Below, in pieces: positions 9,150 to 18,519 of a stretch of DNA of 57,842 nt. Each line of letters begins with the position of its first letter. The first letter of the stretch is position 1. The translations under genes and the position numbers were made by a program. The stretch spans positions 1 through 57,842 of the forward strand of contig DATJUF010000243.1 in NCBI GenBank assembly GCA_035502655.1, written 5' to 3'. The notes beneath the pieces were generated by a model, which was given only the letters and a program-made list of their open reading frames with translations, was not told where the DNA came from and did not search any database. This DNA comes from Candidatus Binataceae bacterium (lineage in GTDB: Bacteria > Desulfobacterota > Binatia > Binatales > Binataceae).

Positions 9150-11057
9150 TTATTTGTTCAACTCGGAGGCGGTACGGGTGACGCTGCGGATAGCAGCAAA
9201 CAGCTCGGCTGGTTCGACGGGCTTGGTCACATGCATGTGGAAGCCTTCCTCGAGGAGGCGAACTGTATCCTGAACGCGGCCATAAGCCGTGAGGGCGATG
9301 GCCGGAATATCGCCGCCCCGATCGCGGGGCCGGCTGCGCAGTTCTCGAATCAGGAAATAGCCGTCTTCATTCGGCATCCCGATGTCGGAAACGAGGACGT
9401 CGGGGCGCCAGGTTTCAACTTCGGTGAGCGCAGAACGTGCAGAGCTTGCAATTTGGACCTCAGCGCCACGCGACTGTAGAAGCGTTTTGATGGCCGCGAT
9501 GGCGTCGGGCTGGTCGTCCACGGCGAGAATACGGAGACCGTCGAGGCGGACATTGCTGTCCGCGGCGATGCTGGCGATGGTAGGGTGTTCGCGAGGAGCT
9601 GTTGACAAAACGTGATGGGCGAGCGCGACCGGCAGAATGATGGTGAAAGTAGAACCGAGGCCGGTTCCGGGGCTGCTGGCGAAAATACTGCCCCCGTGCA
9701 TTTCGACAATTTTGCGGGCGATGGAAAGGCCAAGGCCGAGACCGGTTTCGGAGCGGCTGGGAGCGGCATCTTCTTGCCAGAAGCGCTCGAATATGCGTGG
9801 CAAGATGGCGGGATCGATGCCGCGTCCGTTATCGCTGACAGTGAGTTCGAGGTGAGAATTGATGCGCTCCAGCTTGACTTCGACGCGGCCTTGTTTAGGC
9901 GTGAATTTGATGGCGTTGGAGAGCAGGTTCCAGACGACTTGCTGAAGCCGTTCGGGGTCGCCGGCAACAGGCCCGGCGTTGGGGTCGAGCAGGAGCTGGA
10001 GGTGGATTATTTTGGCGTCGGCGGAGGGACGGACGACTTCAGCCGCGGCCTCGATGACCGAGGGAAGATTGACGCTGCGGACGTCGAGGCGCATTTTGCC
10101 GGCTTCGATGCGGGAGACGTCAAGGAGATCGTTGATCATCGAACTTTCGGATTGGATCGCTCGGCGGATGGCCTCGAGGCCGGTGCGCGTTTTCTGATCG
10201 TCGTCGGGCCCATTAAGGAGCACTTGCGTCCATAGCGATATGGCGGAGAGCGGACCTCGAAGTTCGTGGGAAACGATGCTGAGGAATTCGTCCTTCGCGC
10301 GGTTGGCGTGTTCGGCTTCGGCGCGTGAGGCGCGTGCGGTAGCGAGGGCCTCATCGTAGATGGCAGCGACGCGCTTGACCGTGCTCCGGACCGAATAAAC
10401 GGACGCGCATAATACGACAACCACGAGTGCGACGAGTCCGCCGGCGATACTGTGTTCGGCTGCAATTTGTCCCGCTCGGCGCTCGCTTCTGATATTGCGC
10501 TCGTAGCCGGTAAATTGGCCGAAGCTCTGATAGACACGAATCATCAACTGGTGGCTCCTGGCCAGCGTGGCGACACAGGTAGCCCAATCAGCGCGGTTAC
10601 GATCCTGGATGATTTCGTCATAACGTCCGATAACTTCGCCCTTGAGCTGGCTGATATCATTAACGCGGCGGACTTGGGCGGGATTATCGCGCACCAGAGA
10701 GGCGAGGGCGGAAAGCGAGCCGGTGGCTTGGTTGCTGGCCGTGCGGTAGCGGGTCAGCGAGACGGGGTCACCACGGAGGACATAGTCACGAACGATGGCC
10801 GACATCTGAGTGAGATAGAGCAAACTATCGCTGGCAGTCTTCAAAACCTCGTCACTGTGTTCAGTCCAATTAACATCGCGGTCCTGCTGATAGATGCGGA
10901 AGCAGAGCAAACCGGTCATGATTAGCATCGATAGGATTGGTAATCCGGCGCCAGCCAGAAGCATTCGGCGGAAGAGTATCAACGAACTGAGAGGCGTTGG
11001 CGCTGGATTCTGCGGTGAATTGGCTGAAGCGGAAGGCATCGAGACCAACTTATTCAT
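9150..11057 (-). CDS. CHASE3-domain hybrid sensor histidine kinase/response regulator
   Basis: A TM segment is followed by a CHASE3-like sensor (WTEHSDEVL...VRDYVLRGDPVSLTRY...LVRDNPAQ), a second TM, an H-box (FLSIVSHELRGPLSAI), an ATPase domain and a C-terminal receiver (ILAVDDQPD...DIGMPNEDG...TKP). Confidence 0.9.
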   Translation of the reverse strand: MNKLVSMPSASANSPQNPAPTPLSSLILFRRMLLAGAGLPILSMLIMTGLLCFRIYQQDRDVNWTEHSDEVLKTASDSLLYLTQMSAIVRDYVLRGDPVSLTRYRTASNQATGSLSALASLVRDNPAQVRRVNDISQLKGEVIGRYDEIIQDRNRADWATCVATLARSHQLMIRVYQSFGQFTGYERNIRSERRAGQIAAEHSIAGGLVALVVVVLCASVYSVRSTVKRVAAIYDEALATARASRAEAEHANRAKDEFLSIVSHELRGPLSAISLWTQVLLNGPDDDQKTRTGLEAIRRAIQSESSMINDLLDVSRIEAGKMRLDVRSVNLPSVIEAAAEVVRPSADAKIIHLQLLLDPNAGPVAGDPERLQQVVWNLLSNAIKFTPKQGRVEVKLERINSHLELTVSDNGRGIDPAILPRIFERFWQEDAAPSRSETGLGLGLSIARKIVEMHGGSIFASSPGTGLGSTFTIILPVALAHHVLSTAPREHPTIASIAADSNVRLDGLRILAVDDQPDAIAAIKTLLQSRGAEVQIASSARSALTEVETWRPDVLVSDIGMPNEDGYFLIRELRSRPRDRGGDIPAIALTAYGRVQDTVRLLEEGFHMHVTKPVEPAELFAAIRSVTRTASELNK

Positions 11058-11249
11058 TTGCCGGATGGAATCGCATTTCGACGAGGACAGAGAGGGCGGC
11101 AGAAATTACCGCATTTCGTAATACCATCAAATTAGGGGAAAATATAGCAATTGACAGGCATTTATTAAGATAAGCCAAGGTTGCGAATCAGTAATGAAAT
11201 AACGTTTGACAGACAGCAATCAGCATGATTCTTGCAGTGCTACTTTTAA

Positions 11250-11732
11250 GTGCCAGTTTCTAGGATGCCAGCTGGGACTTCTCTGAAACTGCCATTCACT
11301 TGTATGAGCCGGCAATCACATAATCGAGAATTTGTGAAACGAACACTGCCCGGTGGCGCAAGTGTCCGACGGCATGTGCTTGTGGTAGACGATGATACTG
11401 ATGCGGCGGAAGCACTAGTAGACATCCTTGGACATAGTGGCTATGAAGTCACGGCGGTGCATGATGGAGTCCAGGCGCTCAAACGCCTTAAAGGCGCGCG
11501 ATTACCCGATGTGATGATACTCGATTTGTTCATGCCTCAGATGAGCGGATGGGATTTGATGCGCGAGCTCAAGTTGCATGCTGAGCTCTCGAACATTCCA
11601 ATCATCGTGGTTAGCGCATTCGCGTATAGCGCAGAGATAGCAGCTGATGCGGTTCTTACGAAGCCGCTGGATACGGATGCACTTCTAAACATTATGCTTA
11701 CTTTGGCCGCTCGTGACGAGCAAGGACATTAG
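11250..11732 (+). CDS. single-domain response regulator (receiver only)
   Basis: VLVVDDDTDAAE...VMILDLFMPQMSGWDL...IPIIVVSA...TKP. The start is uncertain: GTG 11250, ATG 11265 or ATG 11304. Confidence 0.8.
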   Translation: MPVSRMPAGTSLKLPFTCMSRQSHNREFVKRTLPGGASVRRHVLVVDDDTDAAEALVDILGHSGYEVTAVHDGVQALKRLKGARLPDVMILDLFMPQMSGWDLMRELKLHAELSNIPIIVVSAFAYSAEIAADAVLTKPLDTDALLNIMLTLAARDEQGH

Positions 11733-11881
11733 CAATTGAAAATGATGATCGCCTTGCTCCGTTTACTTACCGAACTGTCCCATAGTTTCGAATAATTATA
11801 AATAAGCTGGATGGGCTTTCTAAAGGCATCTGGATCGCATACTCGCATGTGCACGGGTTGGCAAGCGAACCCTACGGGGTG

Positions 11882-12220
11882 TTAACGAATGCGGGCATAA
11901 GCGATAGTGTCGCCCGGCGTACCGCCGATCACCAGATACCCGCTCGCCGGAGTGCACATCACCGGGTTGGCTGCGGTGGTATCGGTACATAGAACGATGT
12001 CAGCAGGGCCGGAAAAGCATTGGTCAGTAGTAGTAGCAGTACGTCCGTTGAGTAGTACATGACCGGAGCAGGTGGTGCCGGAAGACATGGCGAAACCGCC
12101 GAGCGGCCCCCATGATGTGACTGAGGCTGGGGGAACGGCTGGCGGGGCAGGTACTTGGACACATCCACAGACGGCCAGAAGCAGGCTCAGGGCGGTGGTG
12201 GAGAGGGGGATCGAGCGCAT
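11882..12220 (-). CDS. small lipoprotein, unknown function
   Basis: MRSIPLSTTALSLLLAVCGC has a lipobox-like signal. The mature part is Cys- and Thr-rich. Confidence 0.6.
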   Translation of the reverse strand: MRSIPLSTTALSLLLAVCGCVQVPAPPAVPPASVTSWGPLGGFAMSSGTTCSGHVLLNGRTATTTDQCFSGPADIVLCTDTTAANPVMCTPASGYLVIGGTPGDTIAYARIR

Positions 12221-12419
12221 GCGGACCTCGTGATGGCGTTTAGATCGATCCAGTGCCGGCGAAAACGGAACGTGGCCGGGCTCAGCTAGTGTACGCGGGA
12301 ATCAAGCAGAGATTAAATGCGGGCGTCAGCGGCTTGCGGCATGCCAATTGCGTTGTCCTGACAACATAAGCAATCGGCCTAAGCCGATTGCATAAATTTC
12401 GTAAGGAGACCTGAAAGTA

Positions 12420-12584
12420 ATGCTGTATTGGGCATTAGTCTTTCTAGTAGTTGCAATAGTCGCGGGTATTTTCGGCTTTGGCGGAATCGCCGGGGCGTCG
12501 GTGGAGATAGCCAGGATCCTGTTCGGGATTTTCATTGTGCTATTCCTGATCAGCTTGATTGCAGGCCGAAGATTATTCGGCTGA
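12420..12584 (+). CDS. DUF1328 (UPF0391) small membrane protein
   Basis: 54-aa ORF absent from the track: [54 protein letters not shown]. It matches the highly conserved DUF1328/YtjA pattern (..FGFGGIAG...A.ILF.IF..LF..SL). Confidence 0.85.
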   Translation: MLYWALVFLVVAIVAGIFGFGGIAGASVEIARILFGIFIVLFLISLIAGRRLFG

Positions 12585-12601
12585 CTTTGGACGTGACGCC
12601 A

Positions 12602-12868
12602 ATGAAGCCGCCATTCTGGGAAGTCACAATCAGCCGGCGGGCGATCGCTGGCGAAGCATCAACTATAGAATCCGTGCACTGCTTCGGCGATCGGGATGAA
12701 GCGGAAGAGTACAAGCTAAAGGCCTTGAGCACGGATGCGACACTACTGATTGTTATGCGGCGGGTCGAAGTGGCGCCAGCAATCACTGAACCATGGAGCG
12801 ACCCTGAGAAAGAGACAGCAGCGCGCAAGATAAATCTCCGCGTCCTGCAATTCGGGTGGAGCAACTAA
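12602..12868 (+). CDS. small hypothetical protein
   Basis: Internal ATG of track ORF 12428..12868, whose first part overlaps DUF1328 in another frame. A strong hairpin follows the stop immediately. Confidence 0.5.
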   Translation: MKPPFWEVTISRRAIAGEASTIESVHCFGDRDEAEEYKLKALSTDATLLIVMRRVEVAPAITEPWSDPEKETAARKINLRVLQFGWSN

Positions 12869-12875
12869 AAGAAGC

Positions 12876-12907
12876 ACACAGCGCGGGCCGTAGCGCCCGC
12901 GCTGTGT
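12876..12907 (+). terminator. GC-rich hairpin (13-bp stem), putative terminator
   Basis: ACACAGCGCGGGC-cgtagc-GCCCGCGCTGTGT, 8 nt after the stop at 12868. There is no U-tract on the + strand. A T-tract flanks it on the opposite strand (possibly bidirectional). Confidence 0.5.
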
Positions 12908-13276
12908 ATCAAAACGGAGTTTCCTGCGCCATCAGGCCCAGCCTCGGAAAATCGAAGAAATCCCGCCAACACTATTCAGCGTATGTTTTGAAATTCGGCG
13001 CGTGATTCGGGCCTCCTGCGGCGAGGCGGTCTACATCCGCCTTCTGCGTTTCCGAAAGGACCAATCGTACCATGGCACGCGGCTCTTGAGCGACTTGCCT
13101 GAATTATGAGACTTGCGTTTGCCAGAATATATGCAGGCCCAGGCAGAAGTTTTGAAGCGGAACTGTCTCGCTAGATTTGGAAGAAACCCTTCATGCACGC
13201 AAGTCCGGGAGTGAGAATGATTAAGCGGCGGCAAAACGCACCGCCGCCACCATAATCTAATCGAAGTGATAGAAGC

Positions 13277-13507
13277 TCAAGGATTGGGATAAGTAGAAGA
13301 GTTCGAATAGGTAGTGGTAGTCGAGCGGCGCTGGACGACAGGGGGCTCGCTAGTAGTAGTAGTGGTCGTGGTGGAGGAACTCTCAGGCGTAGTGGTAACC
13401 ACAGCAGGAGGAGTTTTATCGATGGTGTGGCTGTAGAAACATCCACCGATGAATCCAGGGATAGTCAGTGCAATGGCTAAAAGTAGAGTTCGACGGATAG
13501 AACGCAT
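13277..13507 (-). CDS. tiny Thr-rich lipoprotein
   Basis: MRSIRRTLLLAIALTIPGFIGGC has a lipobox. It is followed by TTTPESSSTTTTTTTSEPP... GGAG lies upstream of the ATG. Confidence 0.55.
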   Translation of the reverse strand: MRSIRRTLLLAIALTIPGFIGGCFYSHTIDKTPPAVVTTTPESSSTTTTTTTSEPPVVQRRSTTTTYSNSSTYPNP

Positions 13508-13663
13508 ATGGTAAAGCTCCTGTTTAATGTACGGATTTCAAGCGGGCTCTGAAGGCACGCTTAGGTTGCCAGCACGATGGCTAGCGAACACTGTGACGAA
13601 AAGGAGCATTCGCTGTGCCAATACTTGAGAGTTTAATCAGAAAGCGTAATGACTAAGGCGGCG

Positions 13664-13708
13664 CAAACAAAGGGAAAGGCATCCGGCACTTAAAAGAAGC
13701 CAGATGCC
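13664..13708 (-). terminator. rho-independent terminator of the ferritin-like gene
   Basis: On the minus strand: GGCAUCUGGC-loop-GCCGGAUGCC (10 bp, one G.U) followed by UUUCCCUUUGUUUG. It starts about 18 nt after the stop at 13726. Confidence 0.55.
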
Positions 13709-13725
13709 TGCGAGGTGATGAGAAG

Positions 13726-14256
13726 TCAGCTCATTTTTTCGAGCAAAGTCTTCATGTCGTCGGCGTGATCCTCTTCGACCTTAAGAATGTCCTCAATCAA
13801 CTTTCGCGTGGTCGGATCGTCACTGCCGAGCCAACGGACAATCTCGGAGTAGGACTCAATGGCGATGCGTTCCGCATAAAGATCTTCCTTGATCATTGAG
13901 ACGAGATCTTTGCCCTCGGCGTACTCGGAGTGCGATCGTGAGCTCAGGCCCTCTGGATTGAAATTCGGCTCGCCATTGAGCTGAGTGATACGCGTAGCGA
14001 CCCAGTCGGCGTGCTGCTGTTCTTCGTTGGCATGCTGGAGAAATTCAGCTTTGGCGCCTTCAGAATTAAGGCCTGCGGCGGTGTGATAATGACGCCGGTA
14101 GCGGAGCGTGCAAACGATTTCGGTGGCAAGAACTTCGTTCAGCACTTTCAGAACCTTGTTGATGTCGGCTTTGTAGTTCTGGGTGACGGCACCTTGCTCC
14201 ATATGAGCACGCGCGCGTTCCCGGATGGTTTTTAAATCACTGACAAATTCGCTCAT
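13726..14256 (-). CDS. ferritin-like / bacterioferritin-family protein
   Basis: 176 aa. LNEVLATEIVCTLRYRRHY...FLQHANEEQQHADWVATRI...AERIAIESY...VEEDHADDM gives the Glu/His di-iron ligand pattern of the Bfr/ferritin-like superfamily. GGAGG RBS. Confidence 0.8.
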   Translation of the reverse strand: MSEFVSDLKTIRERARAHMEQGAVTQNYKADINKVLKVLNEVLATEIVCTLRYRRHYHTAAGLNSEGAKAEFLQHANEEQQHADWVATRITQLNGEPNFNPEGLSSRSHSEYAEGKDLVSMIKEDLYAERIAIESYSEIVRWLGSDDPTTRKLIEDILKVEEDHADDMKTLLEKMS

Positions 14257-14590
14257 TATTCGTTACCTCCTGCGGCTTTGTCTAAATTTCTTAAAGTTGA
14301 TGGCGGAACATTGGTGCGTCAGATGATGCAACTTCAAGGCTAAGGTTAGCGATTGTCATGCCGAGCCACGCAGGTCGTCATTTGATGAGGCGAAAGCGGG
14401 CAAATGATGCCTGCCGAAAGGTTAGTGGCGAATGCGATCTAGCCTAATAGGATAACGGCACAAAACGTGCTGCTCGCAACAATGAGTCGGCTAGTAGCCG
14501 CCGTGACCGAGAGCCAGTAACAAAAGCCACGGTGAGCGCAAGTGCGATTCAAAAAAGAACGCCAAAAGTCCAGAAGCGAGGTTAGAGCAA

Positions 14591-14950
14591 GTGAAAGCCG
14601 GTTGGAATGAAATGCTGTTGGGCGGGATAAGTGGAGGAGAGAACAGCGGGCGGCCGGATTTTCAGGGTGAGCGGGCTTTGATGGTTGCTGTACTGCTGGA
14701 CGCGTTGAGCATTTTCTACAAAACAGAGAGTGCGCGCGATCATCGCAAACGGTTGGAATTTCACGAAGTATACACTTGGATCTATGGCAAAGGCGTTGAT
14801 GGACCTTTTTGCTTTGAGAACATTTGTGGAGCAATCGGGATCAACGCAGAAGCTCTGCGCGAAAGCCTCAGGCGCGGACGGAGGGTCTCAAAGGAGCGGG
14901 AACGCTACTTTGGACACGCCGTAATTGGCTCGTCAGCGAAGGCGGCCTGA
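14591..14950 (+). CDS. hypothetical protein
   Basis: 119-aa ORF with ordinary composition (…ERALMVAVLLDALSIFYK…FCFENICGAIGINAEALRESL). No family recognised and the start is uncertain. Confidence 0.4.
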   Translation: MKAGWNEMLLGGISGGENSGRPDFQGERALMVAVLLDALSIFYKTESARDHRKRLEFHEVYTWIYGKGVDGPFCFENICGAIGINAEALRESLRRGRRVSKERERYFGHAVIGSSAKAA

Positions 14951-15748
14951 CGGCGCAGCCAGCCGCGGCCGTACGACCGAGATACCGGAGGCTGAAATTA
15001 CGGCCAGCTGGCCGGCGCCTTCGCTCGCTGGCCGAGAACCCGGATCGAAACGAACATAACGGCGAACGTAGAACGCGCGAGACATGGGTTCGGCCTTCGA
15101 GGGGAGAATTATAGAAAAGCCTGGGTAGGAGATGAAGACGCTCTCGGCTAATTTCCGGGTAGTAAGCGTCGGTTTTTCAACGGCTCGACTGCGGGTAGAT
15201 AATGGCTACTGATTAGCGGCTCGCGCAGGGATTTGAGAGCCTACGCGCGACACCGCGATGCACGCTGTGCGATGGACTGTGGCCCGCGTGCCAGGCAATA
15301 CGGCCTCATCGCACTCTTCTTTCGCAGCCATCACGCAAGAGTGTTGGGCGGCACAACTTTAGCCGCTTTGCCGAAGCCTTGGCCGCCGTTACCAAATAAA
15401 TCGATTGGGGTAATGCCGCAGGTTCGCGCTATGCGCTCCGCTATCGCAGCCCGCGACGGTTTGGTGCGCTACAATATCAACTCGTGGCTCGAAATCGGGT
15501 GAGCATTAATGATGTTGAAGGCGATTAGAGTCCTGCCAAATACGGCTAATTGAATCCAAATGCGCCAATGAGATAGGAAGTCTGTGATTAGCAAGCAAGA
15601 CGAAGCAGCCAACTGCGTGCCAAAGCGATCCCAGCTTCATGCTCAAGCAATCTCTGCCTAAAGAACAGGTAATCCGAATCGGGTAAAACGGCGCGCCGCT
15701 CGAAGGCACTTGTGCCCGAGCATGTCCCCAGGCCAAGGAAGGAAACGA

Positions 15749-16777
15749 ATGACCAAGAGACTGCTGCAACTCGGACTGATGGTGCTGGCGATCGTGACCG
15801 GCGGAATCGCGCATAGCCAGATGCTGATCAACGCGGCCGGATCGACCTTTGGCTACCCAATCTACTCAAAGTGGTTTGACCTATATGCCAAAGCCGATCC
15901 GGGGGTGCGCTTCAACTATCAGTCGATTGGGTCCGGCGGCGGGATCATGATGCTGAAGAACAAGACCGTTCAGATCGGTGCAAGCGACGCGCCGCTGACG
16001 GACAAGCAGGAAGCCGCGATGCCGGAGCCGGTGTTGCATTTCCCGTCGGTGCTGGGTGCGGTCGTGCTGATGTACAACCTGCCGGACGTGGAGCAGAAGA
16101 TCCGGCTGACGGGTACGGCGATAGCCGACATTTACCTTGGCAAGGTTGCAAAGTGGTCGGACCCGGAGATCGCGAAGCTGAACCCGGGAGTGACTATGCC
16201 GGATATGGCTATCGTGACGGTGCATCGCTCGGATGGCAGCGGCACGACATTCATTTTTTCCGACTATCTGAGCAAGGTCAGCCCCGACTTCAAGCAAACC
16301 GTCGGCAAGGGCACCTCGCTGAAATGGCCCGTCGGACTGGGTGGGAAGGGCAGTGAAGGTGTGTCGGCCCTGGTCCAGCAAACGCCGGGTGCGATAGGGT
16401 ACTGCGAACTGACGTATGCATTTGCGAATCACATTGCATTCGCCGAGTTGCAGAATCGGAATCGGGAATGGGTTGATGCGAGCCTGGCGGGCGTAACGGC
16501 CGCGGCGGCTGCTGCGGCCGCGACCATGCCGCCGGACTTCCGCGTATCGATTACGGATGAGCCGGGCGCAGACACGTACCCGATTTCGTCGTTCACGTGG
16601 CTGCTGGTCTACAAGAATCAAAGCGACGACGCCGCCGGGCAAGCGATCGTCAAGTTTCTCAAGTGGGCGCTGACCGACGGGCAGCAATATGCGGCGCCAT
16701 TGTACTATGCGCCATTGCCCAAGGAGGTAGTGGCGAAAGAGATCGTTCAGATCAGCGCGATCAATATCGGGAAATAG
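15749..16777 (+). CDS. pstS: phosphate ABC transporter substrate-binding protein PstS
   Basis: GGAAGGAAA RBS followed by ATG. Signal peptide MTKRLLQLGLMVLAIVTGGIAHS. AAGSTFGYPIYSKWF...YQSIGSGGGI...GASDAPL...VHRSDGSGTTFIFSDYL is the classical PstS signature. Confidence 0.92.
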   Translation: MTKRLLQLGLMVLAIVTGGIAHSQMLINAAGSTFGYPIYSKWFDLYAKADPGVRFNYQSIGSGGGIMMLKNKTVQIGASDAPLTDKQEAAMPEPVLHFPSVLGAVVLMYNLPDVEQKIRLTGTAIADIYLGKVAKWSDPEIAKLNPGVTMPDMAIVTVHRSDGSGTTFIFSDYLSKVSPDFKQTVGKGTSLKWPVGLGGKGSEGVSALVQQTPGAIGYCELTYAFANHIAFAELQNRNREWVDASLAGVTAAAAAAAATMPPDFRVSITDEPGADTYPISSFTWLLVYKNQSDDAAGQAIVKFLKWALTDGQQYAAPLYYAPLPKEVVAKEIVQISAINIGK

Positions 16778-16800
16778 CCGGGCAGTGCGATAGCTGGAAA

Positions 16801-17286
16801 TCAAGCTGGCCGGGCGAGTGGATATCGAAGCTGGGCGATCACGTCATTCAAAGAATTGGCGGTATCGCCAGCAAGTTCCAGTTCGGCGAACTTTTTAATC
16901 GCCGCTTCGTGCACGACCATCGAATGCGTTACTTCGCGCTCATTGGCGGGAGCGGCTGCTTCGATGGTGCGAAACTTGTCGAGATACACCGCAGTGATGC
17001 CAGCGAGTTCGCGCATATGATCGGGCCACGACTTGGATGCGAAGCTTCGTGCGAAATCGGCAACGGCCTGGCGCATATCGTCCTGCGCGATACTCAAGCC
17101 GAGCTGGGTTAAAAACGGCCGCAAGCGTGCCTTGGTTTCAGTTTCGAGCTGGAGAACCGTGCCCCACTTGTAGCGCCGATCAGGATCCTCTTCCAAAGCG
17201 ACATAACAGGCTAAAATAGCTTCGCCTAAGACTTCGCCCTGGTACATGAATTTATTCACGGCCTTGAGATATTCCTTGCGATCCAT
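16801..17286 (-). CDS. hypothetical helical protein
   Basis: 161-aa ORF with clean coding composition and no recognised motif. Confidence 0.6.
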   Translation of the reverse strand: MDRKEYLKAVNKFMYQGEVLGEAILACYVALEEDPDRRYKWGTVLQLETETKARLRPFLTQLGLSIAQDDMRQAVADFARSFASKSWPDHMRELAGITAVYLDKFRTIEAAAPANEREVTHSMVVHEAAIKKFAELELAGDTANSLNDVIAQLRYPLARPA

Positions 17287-17359
17287 TGCTGCTCGTCCCC
17301 TCGGGTAAGGTTCGCGCGAAAGTTTAATCGGCGCGAGCCACTGAATGTACGGCGTCAGA

Positions 17360-17785
17360 TTAGTAGAAGAAGGGTCCCGGCCATAGCGTCCAGTCCATCT
17401 GCTCTTGCTGGGCAGCCTCCTCGTTCAACTCGGCAGAGCGCTCCTCGGCCTTGACGTCCTGCTGCTGAATACGGATTTTCTCATAACGATCATAGGCAGT
17501 TTGGTTGCCGATGAAGAGGCAATCGCAGTAGTCCGGATCGGCGAACCAGTAATGCAGCTTACCCTTGTAGGGATAATAACGGACTTTGAGCGGGGTCATG
17601 GTTTTGAGGGCGTTTTGCTGCAACGGGGTGGAAGCGGGCGTCATGTGGAAACCCGCCGCCGAAAGCAATGGCTCAATGCGCTCCGCTCGTTGGGTCGGGG
17701 TTTCCTGCGTGGCGCATCCGATGGCCATTGCAAGGACGAAAGCGGCGATGAAGGGGACGGCGGCATGAAGAAGAATTGAACGCAT
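17360..17785 (-). CDS. lipoprotein, unknown function
   Basis: MRSILLHAAVPFIAAFVLAMAIGCAT has a lipobox. Confidence 0.65.
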   Translation of the reverse strand: MRSILLHAAVPFIAAFVLAMAIGCATQETPTQRAERIEPLLSAAGFHMTPASTPLQQNALKTMTPLKVRYYPYKGKLHYWFADPDYCDCLFIGNQTAYDRYEKIRIQQQDVKAEERSAELNEEAAQQEQMDWTLWPGPFFY

Positions 17786-18017
17786 GGAGAAGGTTATACG
17801 GAGGCAGGTGTGTCATTGCCAGTTCAGATCATTGAGGGGCGGTAAGCGCGGACAAGAGGCGGTTTGCAGCGATGGAGCGGGGGGTGGCGGTGAACTATGA
17901 TGTGAGGAGATGGAGGCTGTAAAGCGGAATTGCGGGGGGCGGCGCGGGGCAGAAAGCCGGGCGTGCGTTCGAAGGTCCGATGTGCGAGGAATCGGCGTGT
18001 TACGGACCGGCGTGCGG

Positions 18018-18482
18018 ATGTTGCTCGGCACCGCGGTGATCGCGTTGGCGCTGGGCGGTCCGCTGCAATCGGTCGCGCGAGCGGTGAATGTCGATCAGGC
18101 GGCTAGCCAGGCGCTGACCGCGTATCTGAAGCAGCACCGGCTGCCGCTGGTGGGTGCGCAGGTAATCAAAGAGAACAGCGGCGGACGGACAGTGTTGCTG
18201 TACGGCTACGTGGCGACGGATCAAGGCAAAGCCGATGCAGAACGGAAGGCGATCGCGTATCTAGGAAACCCGGCGCCAACTATCGATGATCGGCTGGTGG
18301 TCAAGCCGGAACTGGCGACGATGACGGCGCCGCAGTCAGCCTATCAAGCGCAGCCACAGGAAGCCGAACCGCAAGTGGAACCGGAGTACCAGGCGGGTCA
18401 AAGCGGGACGCCAGCGATCAGTTTCGACGGTCTCTATCAGCAAATTCAGCAATACGGGATCAAGAGTCCGCCTGGCGAATAA
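18018..18482 (+). CDS. secreted protein with a BON-like domain
   Basis: Internal start MLLGTAVIALALGGPLQSVARA (signal peptide). ...ALTAYLKQHRLPLVGAQVI...LLYGYVATDQGKADAERKA is BON-like. The tail is Gln/Pro/Glu-rich. Confidence 0.6.
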   Translation: MLLGTAVIALALGGPLQSVARAVNVDQAASQALTAYLKQHRLPLVGAQVIKENSGGRTVLLYGYVATDQGKADAERKAIAYLGNPAPTIDDRLVVKPELATMTAPQSAYQAQPQEAEPQVEPEYQAGQSGTPAISFDGLYQQIQQYGIKSPPGE

Positions 18483-18519
18483 GTGCTGGCGCGGCGGAGC
18501 GTGCTAGAATCCGCGAATC

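Noticed and set aside
11058-11249. TTGACA hexamers in the AT-rich divergent spacer, as sigma-70 promoters
   Set aside because: I could not pair either TTGACA with a plausible -10 hexamer at 16-18 nt spacing. Promoters are probably present but cannot be supported from sequence alone.
15370-15470. Minus-strand HTH-like peptide (…AAIAERIARTCGITPIDLFG…) as a small regulator gene
   Set aside because: An in-frame TAG lies immediately upstream, there is no start codon or RBS, and only about 45 codons are open. At best it is a gene remnant.
15881-16804. 307-aa minus-strand ORF
   Set aside because: It is antisense to pstS, which has unmistakable family motifs. The product is Arg-rich and low in complexity.
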